A stretch of DNA of 64,000 bases from Candidatus Multivoradales bacterium (lineage in GTDB: Bacteria; Acidobacteriota; Thermoanaerobaculia; Multivoradales; Multivoraceae): NCBI GenBank assembly GCA_965223325.1, contig CBDCWI010000002.1, positions 704,001 to 768,000 of the forward strand, in the 5' to 3' direction. Every line of letters starts with the position of its first letter. Position 1 is the stretch's first letter. Shown piece by piece: positions 27,747 to 37,489 of this stretch. The position numbers and the translations under genes are program-made. The notes beneath the pieces are model-generated. The model searched no databases. It saw only the letters and a program-made list of their open reading frames with translations, and had not been told where the DNA came from.

Positions 27747-29315
27747 CTACCGCGGTTCGTTGAGTAGCGCCTCGGCGCCTCCCAGACCCGGCAACCCCGT
27801 GACCCCCCCACCGGGGTGGACGCCTGCGCCGCAGAAGTAGAGGCCCTCGAAGGGTGAGCTGAAATGACCGGCGCCACGCCACGGCCGCAAGACGAAGGAA
27901 CGCTCGAGCACGACTTCCCCGTGATCGATGTGGCCGCCGCTCACTCCCCAGGTGTCCTGCCATTCACCGGGGAGGTGGAGTCGGCGATGCTCGATCAGAT
28001 CGACGACTCCAGGAGCACTCTCCTCGAGCCGTTTCAACAACCGACCGACGACCTGACGCGCATCGACTTCTGCATCGTGAGGAACGTGTTGCGCAACGTA
28101 GCTGAGAAGGTAGCGATCGTGCGGCCCTGGGGCCGCGACCTTCTCGACGGTGGCCGTGCCGTCGAGAGTCTTCGACTCGCGACCACGACGGGCGTCGATC
28201 GCCGCGAGCTCGAGGTCGGTCGTCGTCCCGGCGATGACGATCGACCCGGTCAGTTCGCTCGAACTCGACTGGCCGCGAAACCGTGGTCGCGCCCGCAGGA
28301 GCAAGTCGAGCCGAACGACGGTGCCATGCGGTTTAGTGGCACGTAGGCGCCGGCCAACGTCAATCGGCAGGTAGCGATCGCCAACCAGGCGCTCGAGAGT
28401 CATGAAGGGATCGGTTGAGGCCAACACAGATTGGGTTTCGACGAACTGTGCCGGCGAGTCGGGAGGCGCACCGAGTGGACGCACCTCGACACCGCGAACG
28501 CGACCGTCGCCGAGCACGATGCGGTCGACCCGTGAAGCGAGAGCGATGCGACCTCCGCGTCGTTCGACCGCCGCCACCAGGCCAGCGACGAAATCTGCCA
28601 TCCCGCCCGCCGGTCGGCGCACCGGCGCCAGGCCTCGAGCGCTGGTCCCCCAGCTGCGATAGAAGAAAGGGTAGCTCGAACCGGGCGAGAACGGCCCAGT
28701 GCGCGTGCCGAGGAGTGCCCGCATGGTGAGCATTCCCTGCAGCCTGGGGCTCTCGAACCACTCCCCGAGAAGTGATGCCAGGGGCATCGACAGCGCGCGC
28801 AGAAGCGCTGGCGCCTGGGCCAGCCTCCCGGTTGCCTGCCAGCGGTCGATCTCGGCTCCGGGACCACCGGCGCGCAAGAGAGGCTCGAGCTCACCACAGC
28901 GCTCCCCAACCCAGTGAACGAAGTCGGGCCAGCGCGCCGCATCGCGTTGATGGTGCCGAGCGATCGCCGCCGCCGTTTGGGCGACATCGGGATAGAGCGC
29001 GAGCGCCGGGCCCCTACGGTCTTCGGGAGCGAAGGCGACCACCGGCGCGTCGACCATCACCGGACCGCCCCCATCTGCCCCGGGAAAGCCGATGAGCTCG
29101 CTTACGTCGTCGCGCAGAAGGGAGGTGTCGGAGGCGCCGCGCGGTGCCATGACGACATCGGAGGCGCCAGGGAAGGCAGCATGGACGCCGGTCATTCCGC
29201 CCGCGGTCTCCGCTTGCTCGATCACCAGCACCGAGCGCCCCTCATCGAGGACGCGTGTGGCAGCAATCAGGCCGTTGTGGCCAGCGCCAATGACGACGCA
29301 GTCGACGCGCCTCAT
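27747..29315 (-). CDS. Phytoene dehydrogenase-like FAD oxidoreductase (divergent copy)
   Basis: VIGAGHNGL, GGHIDHGE, LYFCGAGVHPGGGVTGLPG. ATGA-coupled to the upstream paralog. Confidence 0.82.
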   Translation of the reverse strand: MRRVDCVVIGAGHNGLIAATRVLDEGRSVLVIEQAETAGGMTGVHAAFPGASDVVMAPRGASDTSLLRDDVSELIGFPGADGGGPVMVDAPVVAFAPEDRRGPALALYPDVAQTAAAIARHHQRDAARWPDFVHWVGERCGELEPLLRAGGPGAEIDRWQATGRLAQAPALLRALSMPLASLLGEWFESPRLQGMLTMRALLGTRTGPFSPGSSYPFFYRSWGTSARGLAPVRRPAGGMADFVAGLVAAVERRGGRIALASRVDRIVLGDGRVRGVEVRPLGAPPDSPAQFVETQSVLASTDPFMTLERLVGDRYLPIDVGRRLRATKPHGTVVRLDLLLRARPRFRGQSSSSELTGSIVIAGTTTDLELAAIDARRGRESKTLDGTATVEKVAAPGPHDRYLLSYVAQHVPHDAEVDARQVVGRLLKRLEESAPGVVDLIEHRRLHLPGEWQDTWGVSGGHIDHGEVVLERSFVLRPWRGAGHFSSPFEGLYFCGAGVHPGGGVTGLPGLGGAEALLNEPR

Positions 29316-30988
29316 GGCGAGGCTCCCGCTGCATCGCCTCTTGCGAGCGAGGCCAGGACCCGGCGGGCCGCGAGCCGTCCCGGACCGCCCGAGATTCCGC
29401 CGCCCGGATGAGACCCCGAGCCGCACAGCCAGTAGCCATCCAACGGCGTCTGGAAACCCGAGAGGTCGCTCCCCGGCCGTAGGGTGAACAGCTGCGAGAG
29501 TCGGATCTCGCCGTGAAAGATGTTGCCACCGGGAATACCGATCTCCTGCTCGACGTCGTCGGGCGTGAGCACCTGCCGGTCAAGAGTGATTTCGTCGAGG
29601 TTGGTCACGTACTGGCGCAGGACCGCCATCACAGCGTCACCTAGAGCGTCGCGCTGGTCGGACCAGGTGCCGTGGGCGAGCTGGTACGGCGCGTACTGAA
29701 CGAAGCACGACATGACGTGTCCGCCAGGCGGCGCCATGCCCGGATCGATGACCGATGGCACCACGAGGTCGAGGAACGGTTCGCGCGAAAAGTTCCCGGC
29801 GCGCGCATCGGCGTAGGCACGTTCGATGTAGTCGACACTGGGGGCAATACTCGTGCCACCAGCGAGATGCGCGTGTGGATCCGGTCTCACCCTGAAGCGC
29901 GGCAGATCGCCGAGCGACAGGTTGACCTTGGCCGAGCATCCTTCGGTCTGCCAACTGTTCGCAGCTGCGACGGTCTCAGGCGGGAGCGCCCCGTGGGGAA
30001 TGAGCCTGTCGATACTGAGCTGCGGCGCAAGGCTCGAGAGCACGACGTCGGCGTCGATCTCCTCGCCATCGTCGAGCACCACCCCGTCGACCCGCCCATC
30101 CGCCAGGCGCAGCTCCGAGACGGTCGCCGCGGTTCGAATGACGGCCCCAGCCTCGCGGGCAGCGAGCGAAATCGCCCGCGCGACCGCCCCAGTCCCCCCA
30201 CACGGGAAACCCCACGCGCGGTACTCGCCATCGATCTCGCCCATGTAGTGATGCAACAAAACGTAGGCCGAGCCCGGGGTGCGCGGTGAAAGGAACGAAC
30301 CGATGATGCTCGATGTCGAAAGTGCGGCCTTGAGTGCATCGGTCTCGAACCACTCATCGAGCAGATCCGCGGCGCTACCGACCATCATCTGCGCCAGCAT
30401 GTCGCAGTGGTCACGGGGGGCACTCGCGAAGTGACCTGCGACTTCCGCCCAGGCCGTGGCAGGGTCACTATCTTGGGAAGCGGCGCGGCTCACCGGCGGC
30501 GGCGTCACGCGCTGCAGAGCATGCACCAACTGTGCGACCTGACTCATCAAGAGCTTGAAGCGTGAGTAGGCCTCGGCGTCCTTCTTCGAGAAGCGGGCGA
30601 TGTTGTGGTAGGTGCGTGCGGGACACGCTTCGCGATAGAGGAAGCGACCGTCGGGGAGTGGGTTGAACGTGCTCTCGAGGGGAACGATCACCAGACCGTG
30701 TCGCACCAGTTCCAATTCCTGAACCACCTCGTGGTGCAGAAGGCTCACCAGATACGAGTAGCGACTGTGGAGGAAGGTGCCGTTCTTGCCCACCACCGAA
30801 ACCTCACCGGTGCGCGTTGCGCCGCCAATGATCTCGTCGCGCTCCAGCACCGTGACCCGATGCCCGGCGCGGGCGAGATAGGCCGCCGCCACCAGGCCGT
30901 TGTGGCCCGCACCGATGACCACCGCACGGAGGCGCGTACCCGCGCTGCCTTTTCCATCGCGGCCCTTTCGCTCGCGCACGAGGGTCAC
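29312..30988 (-). CDS. Phytoene dehydrogenase-like FAD oxidoreductase (PYROXD2-like)
   Basis: VIGAGHNGLVAAAYLA, YSYLVSL, AYVLLHHYMGE, GGNIFHGE, CGSGSHPGGG. GTGA overlap. Confidence 0.88.
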   Translation of the reverse strand: MTLVRERKGRDGKGSAGTRLRAVVIGAGHNGLVAAAYLARAGHRVTVLERDEIIGGATRTGEVSVVGKNGTFLHSRYSYLVSLLHHEVVQELELVRHGLVIVPLESTFNPLPDGRFLYREACPARTYHNIARFSKKDAEAYSRFKLLMSQVAQLVHALQRVTPPPVSRAASQDSDPATAWAEVAGHFASAPRDHCDMLAQMMVGSAADLLDEWFETDALKAALSTSSIIGSFLSPRTPGSAYVLLHHYMGEIDGEYRAWGFPCGGTGAVARAISLAAREAGAVIRTAATVSELRLADGRVDGVVLDDGEEIDADVVLSSLAPQLSIDRLIPHGALPPETVAAANSWQTEGCSAKVNLSLGDLPRFRVRPDPHAHLAGGTSIAPSVDYIERAYADARAGNFSREPFLDLVVPSVIDPGMAPPGGHVMSCFVQYAPYQLAHGTWSDQRDALGDAVMAVLRQYVTNLDEITLDRQVLTPDDVEQEIGIPGGNIFHGEIRLSQLFTLRPGSDLSGFQTPLDGYWLCGSGSHPGGGISGGPGRLAARRVLASLARGDAAGASP

Positions 30989-32250
30989 CGCCTTCTCCCT
31001 TTCGGGCGCCGCTTGCGAACTGCGCGCTTGCGCTTGGGGTTGAAGAACGGCAACCCGACGATGCGCGCCGGAGCCAGCCGGCGCTCGTACTCCACGGTCA
31101 TCTCGACCTCGACCGTCGAGCCCAGCTGCGCGAAGTCGCTGTCGATAGACGCCAGTGCGATCTGCTTGCGAATCAACGGCGAGAAGACGTGACTGGTGGC
31201 CTGCCCCACCTGCCGAGAACCGCAGTAGACCGGCACCGGGGTGCGGCAGGCTGGGTGCCCAGGGGTATCGGGACGCACTCCATGCACCCCGTAGACTTCT
31301 TCGAGGTTCGCCCACTCGATCACCAGGCCAACGTAAGAGAGGTCGGTGTGGGGTGCAGCATCGTTGGCGGCACGCTTCCCAAAAGACGAGTTGGCAAAGC
31401 GTTTCTCGAGCGCAGGGCGGCCGAGAAAGTCGTTGTCGGGCACCATCTCGACCGTCCAGCCCATGCCCACTTCGTGAGGCAACACCCGACGCGCCAGCGG
31501 CCAAGCCAGGTCGGCAGGGATCCAGTCGACACCGATCAACGGCAGACCGGCTTCGATACGAGCGACATCGAGCGCTTCGAGACCGGCCGGCAGGAGCGCG
31601 TGGCCTCTACCGGAATCGTAAAGCGCATCCCACACCATCGTCGCGAGCTCAGCCTGGACCACGAGCTCGTAGCCCAGGTCGCCGGTGAACCCCGTGCGCG
31701 TGATCGTGACCGGCGCTCCCCCGACACGAGCGGAAGCGGCACTGAAGTAGCGCAGCCGATCGAGGTCTGCCCCGGTGGTTACGGCGCTCAGAATCGCCCG
31801 TGACCGGGGGCCCTGAAGCGCCAGCATCGCGTACCGCTCCGAGCGCTCGCTGACCTCGACGTCGAAGCCGCGCGCGCAGTCAGAGAGCCAGCGCATCACC
31901 GGCTCCGCCGCCGTCAGCCGAAAGGTCTCGTCGTCGAGGCACACCAGATTGCCGTCCTGGAGCAGGTAGCCGTCGTCATCGAGCCAGGCCGAATAGGCCA
32001 CCCTGCCAGGCGCGAGCTTCGAGATATCGCGGGTGAGGAATCGGTTGAGGGCAAAGCGCGCCTCGGGCCCGGTGACTTCGAGCTTGAACATCGGCGACAT
32101 ATCGAACAGCGCCGCACTGGTTCGGATCGCCCAGTACTCCCGCAGATGACTCTGCAGATAGGAAGCGGCCGCCGAGTAGCCGGCCCAGTCATTCCAACGC
32201 TGGGCAACCGAGAGACGGGAACTGCGACTGTGGAGAGCGGTTGGACGCAC
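30985..32250 (-). CDS. Aminomethyltransferase (GcvT/DmdA/LigM-like folate-binding) family protein
   Basis: ALFDMSPM, LALQGPRS, TRTGFTGDLGYEL, ARIEAG, C-terminal PFFNP. Confidence 0.88.
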   Translation of the reverse strand: MRPTALHSRSSRLSVAQRWNDWAGYSAAASYLQSHLREYWAIRTSAALFDMSPMFKLEVTGPEARFALNRFLTRDISKLAPGRVAYSAWLDDDGYLLQDGNLVCLDDETFRLTAAEPVMRWLSDCARGFDVEVSERSERYAMLALQGPRSRAILSAVTTGADLDRLRYFSAASARVGGAPVTITRTGFTGDLGYELVVQAELATMVWDALYDSGRGHALLPAGLEALDVARIEAGLPLIGVDWIPADLAWPLARRVLPHEVGMGWTVEMVPDNDFLGRPALEKRFANSSFGKRAANDAAPHTDLSYVGLVIEWANLEEVYGVHGVRPDTPGHPACRTPVPVYCGSRQVGQATSHVFSPLIRKQIALASIDSDFAQLGSTVEVEMTVEYERRLAPARIVGLPFFNPKRKRAVRKRRPKGRRR

Positions 32251-32252
32251 GA

Positions 32253-32633
32253 CTACCCTTTAGAGCGTGGCCGCTCGATCCCGATCATGCGGCCCAGCGG
32301 TGACCCGGCGAACAGATGCAAGTGGAGGTGCGGCACTTCCTGGTAGGCGTTCGGGCCACAGTTCGACAGCACCCGATAGCCCCCGTCGACCACGCCGAGC
32401 TGCCGCGCAACCTCGCCCGCGGCGCGCACCCAAGCGGCGATCTCCGCGTCACTCGCCCGGGCAGAAAAGTCCTCGAGCGAAACGTACGGACCCTTCGGAA
32501 TGATCAGCACATGAACAGGCGCCTGGGGGTTGATGTCGCGAAAGGCGAGCACGTGCTCGTTCTCGAAGACCTTGTCGCACGGCAGCTCACCACGCAGGAT
32601 GCGCGCGAAGATGTTGTTGTCGTCGTAGTTCAA
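32253..32633 (-). CDS. Histidine triad (HIT) nucleotide-binding protein
   Basis: NIFARILRGELP, DINPQAPVHVL, QEVPHLHLH. Confidence 0.92.
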   Translation of the reverse strand: MNYDDNNIFARILRGELPCDKVFENEHVLAFRDINPQAPVHVLIIPKGPYVSLEDFSARASDAEIAAWVRAAGEVARQLGVVDGGYRVLSNCGPNAYQEVPHLHLHLFAGSPLGRMIGIERPRSKG

Positions 32634-32641
32634 GGATTCGC

Positions 32642-33748
32642 CTACCGTCCGATCACGGTGAGTTCGCGCTCGAAGGTCGTCAAGCTCTCGTTGCCGGTTT
32701 CGCCGATCCAGAGATCGTCCTCGATGCGTACGCCGCCAAACCCTTCGAGGTAGAGCCCGGGCTCGACCGTGATGACCGTACCGACGCCGAGGGGCTGATG
32801 GTTACCCTCCATCACCGACGGTGGCTCGTGGATATCGACTCCGAGACCGTGACCGGTGCGGTGAGTCATGAACGAAGCGAAGCGAGCCTCGTGGAGGCCC
32901 GCCTGCGCTCTAGTGTGGACCTCGTGTGCGGTCGCCGTCGCAGAGGCCGCGGCACATCCCGCGCGGTTGCCCGCCAGGACGGCCTCGTAGACCTCACGCT
33001 GGCGATCGGAGGGTTCGCCGCCAACGAAGAACGTGCGCGTGATGTCGCTGTGATAGCCGTGGTGGGAGGTGCCGAAGTCGATCAGCAGAAAGTCACCGGC
33101 CGCCAGCTCGTAGTCTCCTGGTTCCCCGTGCGGCAAGGCGCTCTTCGGCCCACCGAGCACGATCGGACCGAACGAGATGCCCTCGCCGCCGCCGAGCAGC
33201 AGGCAACTGGAGAGCTTGCCCGCAATCGCGCGCTCAGAAGCGCCAACCCGTACTTCAGCGATCGTTGCCCTGAGGGCCTCTTCGGAGATCGCAATGGCAC
33301 GGCGGAGCGCCGCGGCCTCTTGCTCGGACTTGGCCATGCGAAGCGGTGAAATGATCGGATCGGCCGACTCGAACTGAGCCCCGGTCAGATGACGTGCCAG
33401 GACCGAGTACTCCATGTAGCGCATCGCCAGCGGTTCGATGCCGACCCGCTCCACCGAGTCGAAGCGTGCACAAGCCTGGCGCACCGCGTCTTCGGGACCG
33501 TCTTTGTCGTCCCAGGTGAAGATCGCGTCGACCGCTGGAACGGCATCGGAGAAATTGCCCCGCTCGAGCAGCGGCAACACTGCGACTGGCGGGCCGGTCC
33601 CCGGGACCAGCAGTACGAACAGCCGCTCGTGAGAGGTGAATTCGTGGCCAGCCAGCCAGGTGAACGTCGGCGAGGGGAGGAGCGCCACCAGGTCCAGGCC
33701 GGCCGCCTGTATGCCGTCCTGCAGCGCCGTCAATCTGTCGTTAGCCAT
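32642..33748 (-). CDS. Xaa-Pro peptidase (M24B)
   Basis: SALPHG, IDFG...YHSDITRT, HRTGHGLGVDIHE, VEPGLY, GVRIEDD. Confidence 0.92.
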   Translation of the reverse strand: MANDRLTALQDGIQAAGLDLVALLPSPTFTWLAGHEFTSHERLFVLLVPGTGPPVAVLPLLERGNFSDAVPAVDAIFTWDDKDGPEDAVRQACARFDSVERVGIEPLAMRYMEYSVLARHLTGAQFESADPIISPLRMAKSEQEAAALRRAIAISEEALRATIAEVRVGASERAIAGKLSSCLLLGGGEGISFGPIVLGGPKSALPHGEPGDYELAAGDFLLIDFGTSHHGYHSDITRTFFVGGEPSDRQREVYEAVLAGNRAGCAAASATATAHEVHTRAQAGLHEARFASFMTHRTGHGLGVDIHEPPSVMEGNHQPLGVGTVITVEPGLYLEGFGGVRIEDDLWIGETGNESLTTFERELTVIGR

Positions 33749-33899
33749 GCCCCTACCCTACCGCGGAGCTGGGGTTGATGAAGGCGGAGTTTCGACCCGT
33801 CCGACCTTCGGAAGACTTTCGGTCAGTGCTCCTCGGACGAGCGCTCGCCAGGCCTCTCGGCGAGCGACCTTGCGGTTCGTGACAGCATGCTTTCCCGCC

Positions 33900-34919
33900 A
33901 TGAGCTACTTCTCCTTGCGCTTCTCGTCCAACCCAACGGCAGCGACCCTGATGATCGCCCTCTGCCTCCCTGGGTGCCTCCCACGGGACTCCGCACCGAC
34001 CGAGACCGCCGACCTGATCGAGAACCGCGGCGAAGGCAAAGACAGCTGGTGGCAGGATCTGCCGCGCCCGGCCTGGCAGGCAGTCGAGGCGCTAGGCGAG
34101 CGTCAGGGTTGGTTCGAGGTCTACCGAGCAGCCCCTGGGGTGTTCGCGATTCATGAACCGGGTCAGTTCGAAGAGGTCACCTCCTACCTGATCACGGGTG
34201 ACGAACGAGCACTGCTCTTCGATACCGGTCTCGGGATCGCCGACATCGAAGCCGTCGTCCGTGAACTCACCGACCTGCCGATCGTGGTGGTCAATTCACA
34301 CACCCACTACGACCACGTCGGCGGCAATCACGCCTTCGACTTCGTCTATGGCGTAGACACCGAGTTCACCCGTCGCCACGCCGCCGGACGCTCGCACCAG
34401 GAAGTCGAGGAGGCGGTGGGTGAAGGCTGGATCTGGAAGGCGACCCCCGAGGGCTTCTCGCCCGCAGACTTCGTAGGCCGACCATTCGAGATCAGCGAGC
34501 AGCTGGTCGACGGTCAGCGCATCGATCTCGGCGGACGCCAGATCGAAGTGCTCTTGACACCAGGCCACGCACCCGACGCGCTCTGCCTACTCGACCTCGC
34601 GGCCGGCCTTTTGTTTACCGGCGACACCTACTACCCGGCGACACTCTACGCCCACCTCGACGGGTCGGATCTCCTCGAGTACCAGGCGAGTGCTCGTCGT
34701 CTGGCGACCCTCGTCCCCGAGCTCAACCTTGTCCTGCCAGCCCACAACGAACCTCTCGCCGCACCCGAGGTCCTGGAACGACTGGCACAGCTGCTCGACG
34801 CGGTCGTCCAGGGCGAGGTCCGCTGGTCGCCCAGCGACGGCAACCGTTTGTACCAGGGTTTCGACCTCGAGATCCTGGTCGCCGAAACTGCTCCTGGTAG
34901 AGATTCACTTCCCCAGTAG
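33900..34919 (+). CDS. MBL-fold metallo-hydrolase, probably exported
   Basis: NSHTHYDHVGG, TPGH, FTGD, PAHN. Start uncertain. Confidence 0.85.
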   Translation: MSYFSLRFSSNPTAATLMIALCLPGCLPRDSAPTETADLIENRGEGKDSWWQDLPRPAWQAVEALGERQGWFEVYRAAPGVFAIHEPGQFEEVTSYLITGDERALLFDTGLGIADIEAVVRELTDLPIVVVNSHTHYDHVGGNHAFDFVYGVDTEFTRRHAAGRSHQEVEEAVGEGWIWKATPEGFSPADFVGRPFEISEQLVDGQRIDLGGRQIEVLLTPGHAPDALCLLDLAAGLLFTGDTYYPATLYAHLDGSDLLEYQASARRLATLVPELNLVLPAHNEPLAAPEVLERLAQLLDAVVQGEVRWSPSDGNRLYQGFDLEILVAETAPGRDSLPQ

Positions 34920-36881
34920 CTGCGGCGGCCGCAGGAGCATGCACGCCCGCTCCACGGCCGCATGATCGCCGACCAGCACCAGGTCGTCTCCGACCTCCAG
35001 CTCCATGAGTGGGTCGGGGTTGGCGTGTGATTCCGTATCGCGAACCACCGCGATCACGGCCGCGCCCGATCGCCGACGCAGATCGAGGCCGCGCAGGGTC
35101 GCGCCGGCCGCCTGACTGCCATCGAGAACGCGTACGATCTCACTGGTCCCCTCGGTGAGGGCATCGAGCACTGCCTGATTGACGCCGGCACCCATCCGCG
35201 CAGCCCGCAACATGCTGTAGTCCTCACCGCGTAGCGCCCTGGTCTGTGCACGAATCACGTTGCGTGGCACATGATAGGCCTCGAGAGTCTCGTGCAACAC
35301 CTCGAGCGCGCTCTCGAAGTCCGACGCCACGATGCGATCGGCACCCAGGCGCTTCAGCGCTTCGACTTCGAGAACATCGTGCACGACTGCAAAGATCTTG
35401 AGGTTCGGGTTCAGGCCCCGGGCAAGCTTGACGATCCGCCGCTCGGCCCGCGGATCGGCCAGTGGCAAGATCAACACCCGGGCGTTCTCGACGCCCAGGG
35501 CCTCGAGGATCGCCACCCGGGTGGCGTCGCCGAACAGCACGTCGTAGTGGGCTTCGCGCGCCGCATCGAGCGCCCCCTTGTTCATCTCGACGATTTTGAA
35601 GTCGATGTGGGCCCGGTCGAGAACCTGCGCGATCGTTCTGCCAATCAACCCAAAGCCCACCAGGATCGTGTGGTTCTCGAGCTCGCCGCCGGAGCGCTCA
35701 TCGGAGCCGTCTCCGAGCGACAGCCGGCGGGCCAGCCCGGGTGCGATCTGAATGGCAAGCGGAGTCAACAGCAGCGATACCACTGCCGCGGCCAGCAGAA
35801 CGTTGACGACCTCCTCAGGCAGCAACTGAACCCGAAGACCAATGGCCAGCAGGAGGAAAGAGAACTCGCCGAGTTGCGCCAGGCCGAGAGCGGCCATCAG
35901 CGCGGGGCGCCTCGCAAAGCCGGTGAGGCGAATCGCCAGAAAGGTCGCCAGCGCCTTCGCCGCCATCATCAACAGTGCGACGGCCAGGATCGTGACTGCA
36001 TCGAGCACCGTTTCCGGGAGCACCACCAGCATGCCAATCGAGATGAAGAATAGGCTGGTGAAGACGTCGCGGAAGGGTCCTACGTCGGCCATCAATTGGT
36101 GGTGATAGGGCGACTCTGCGGCCGCTACGCCGCCGAGGAAAGCGCCCAGAGCAGGCGAAAGTCCGAGCACCCCCGTCAGGTAGGCCATGCCGAGCCCGAG
36201 GAAGAGGGCGCTCAAGAGGAAAGCCTCGCGCGCGCCGGCGCCGGCCAGTGCCGCCAACGTCGGAGGCAGGATGATGCGCGCCAGAACAAAGGCCGCGGTT
36301 GCTGCAACGACCGCCCCACCGAGCCGAAAACCGAGCTGGCTCAGCGTTTCACCGCCGGCGCCGGCGAGAAGCGGCGTCACCACGACCATAGGCACCAGGA
36401 GTAGGTCCTGGAACAGGAGGATTCCAAGCGACAGTTCGCCGTGCACGGTGCGCATCTCCCGGCGCTCGTTGTAGAGCTTGAGGACCACTGCGGTACTCGA
36501 GAGGATGACGAGAAAGGCGATGAAGAGGCCTTCTGAGTAGCTGAACCCGAGCATCAAAGTCGCTAAAAGGGTCAGCGCACCGACAAACAGCGCCTGCAGC
36601 GGTCCACCGACCGCAAACGCGCGACGCGCCCGCGCCAGCTTCTCGAGCGAAAGCTCGAGGCCAATCGTGAACAACAAGAGCACCACGCCGACCTCGGCGA
36701 ACAACTCGACCATCTCGCGCTCTTTGACCAGCGCGGTGCCGGCCGGACCGATCAGAAGGCCGCTCAGAATCAGGCCGACCACCGGCGGAATGCGTAGCCG
36801 CGAACAGGCCACCAGAACAGCGATCGCGGCTCCTAGAACGACCAGGATCTCGTAGAGAGCATGCGCCAGGTGTTCGTTCAT
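34905..36881 (-). CDS. CPA2 cation:proton antiporter with TrkA-N and TrkA-C domains (Kef/YbaL-like)
   Basis: LLFTIGLE, LSSTAVV, LLFQD, LAQLGEFSF, VGFGLIG, FGDA, C-terminal RCK-C domain. Confidence 0.9.
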   Translation of the reverse strand: MNEHLAHALYEILVVLGAAIAVLVACSRLRIPPVVGLILSGLLIGPAGTALVKEREMVELFAEVGVVLLLFTIGLELSLEKLARARRAFAVGGPLQALFVGALTLLATLMLGFSYSEGLFIAFLVILSSTAVVLKLYNERREMRTVHGELSLGILLFQDLLLVPMVVVTPLLAGAGGETLSQLGFRLGGAVVAATAAFVLARIILPPTLAALAGAGAREAFLLSALFLGLGMAYLTGVLGLSPALGAFLGGVAAAESPYHHQLMADVGPFRDVFTSLFFISIGMLVVLPETVLDAVTILAVALLMMAAKALATFLAIRLTGFARRPALMAALGLAQLGEFSFLLLAIGLRVQLLPEEVVNVLLAAAVVSLLLTPLAIQIAPGLARRLSLGDGSDERSGGELENHTILVGFGLIGRTIAQVLDRAHIDFKIVEMNKGALDAAREAHYDVLFGDATRVAILEALGVENARVLILPLADPRAERRIVKLARGLNPNLKIFAVVHDVLEVEALKRLGADRIVASDFESALEVLHETLEAYHVPRNVIRAQTRALRGEDYSMLRAARMGAGVNQAVLDALTEGTSEIVRVLDGSQAAGATLRGLDLRRRSGAAVIAVVRDTESHANPDPLMELEVGDDLVLVGDHAAVERACMLLRPPQLLGK

Positions 36882-37489
36882 GCGCGGTCACCCGACCGCA
36901 CCGGCTGACGCGCAAACAGCGCCACCCCGGTATCCCAGTTCATCTCGATGCCGACGAAGTCGGAGCGTCTACTTAGGGCCTGGCGCAACCGCACAACGTT
37001 GTGCTCGTGACCCTCGGGCCAGTTCGGCTGGGGCAGGAGATCGTCAATGACGTAGAGACCACCTGGCGCCACCAGATCGAGCGCAGGATCGAGATGGCTG
37101 ATCTTGCCCGGCCAGGCATCGGCAAAGACGAGATCGAAACCACCCGGTGCGCGCGCGGCCAGAGCGCCTCCTTCGAGCAACTCCGCGCCGTCACCAACGA
37201 GAAACTCAACGCGTGGATCGTCGCCGACGACCTCGCGAGCGCTCGCCGACAGCCGCTGATCGATCTCTACGGTGACCAGAGACGACACCTCGCACATGCC
37301 AGCCAACAGGCACACCGCGGCCGAGCCCAGCCCGGTGCCGAGCTCGAGAAAACGACCCTCGGGTCGGGCGGCCGCGAGGACCATCAAGAGATCACCGGTG
37401 GCTGGACTCGAGACCATGTCGAAGTCACGCTCTTTCGCCCGCCTCGAGATCTCGTCCAGGCATCCTCTGCGGTCGCTCTCTCGAATCAA
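36878..37489 (-). CDS. Class I SAM-dependent O-methyltransferase
   Basis: LELGTGLG, FDLVFADAWPGK, IDDLLPQPNWP. Confidence 0.85.
   Translation of the reverse strand: MIRESDRRGCLDEISRRAKERDFDMVSSPATGDLLMVLAAARPEGRFLELGTGLGSAAVCLLAGMCEVSSLVTVEIDQRLSASAREVVGDDPRVEFLVGDGAELLEGGALAARAPGGFDLVFADAWPGKISHLDPALDLVAPGGLYVIDDLLPQPNWPEGHEHNVVRLRQALSRRSDFVGIEMNWDTGVALFARQPVRSGDRA

Noticed and set aside
27747-30988. Carotenoid biosynthesis cluster
   Set aside because: No crtB/crtE/crtY nearby; the context (GcvT-like, SDR) points to catabolism.
30985-32250. True glycine cleavage T protein (gcvT)
   Set aside because: No gcvH/gcvP or glycine riboswitch in the window; treated as a paralog and given no symbol.
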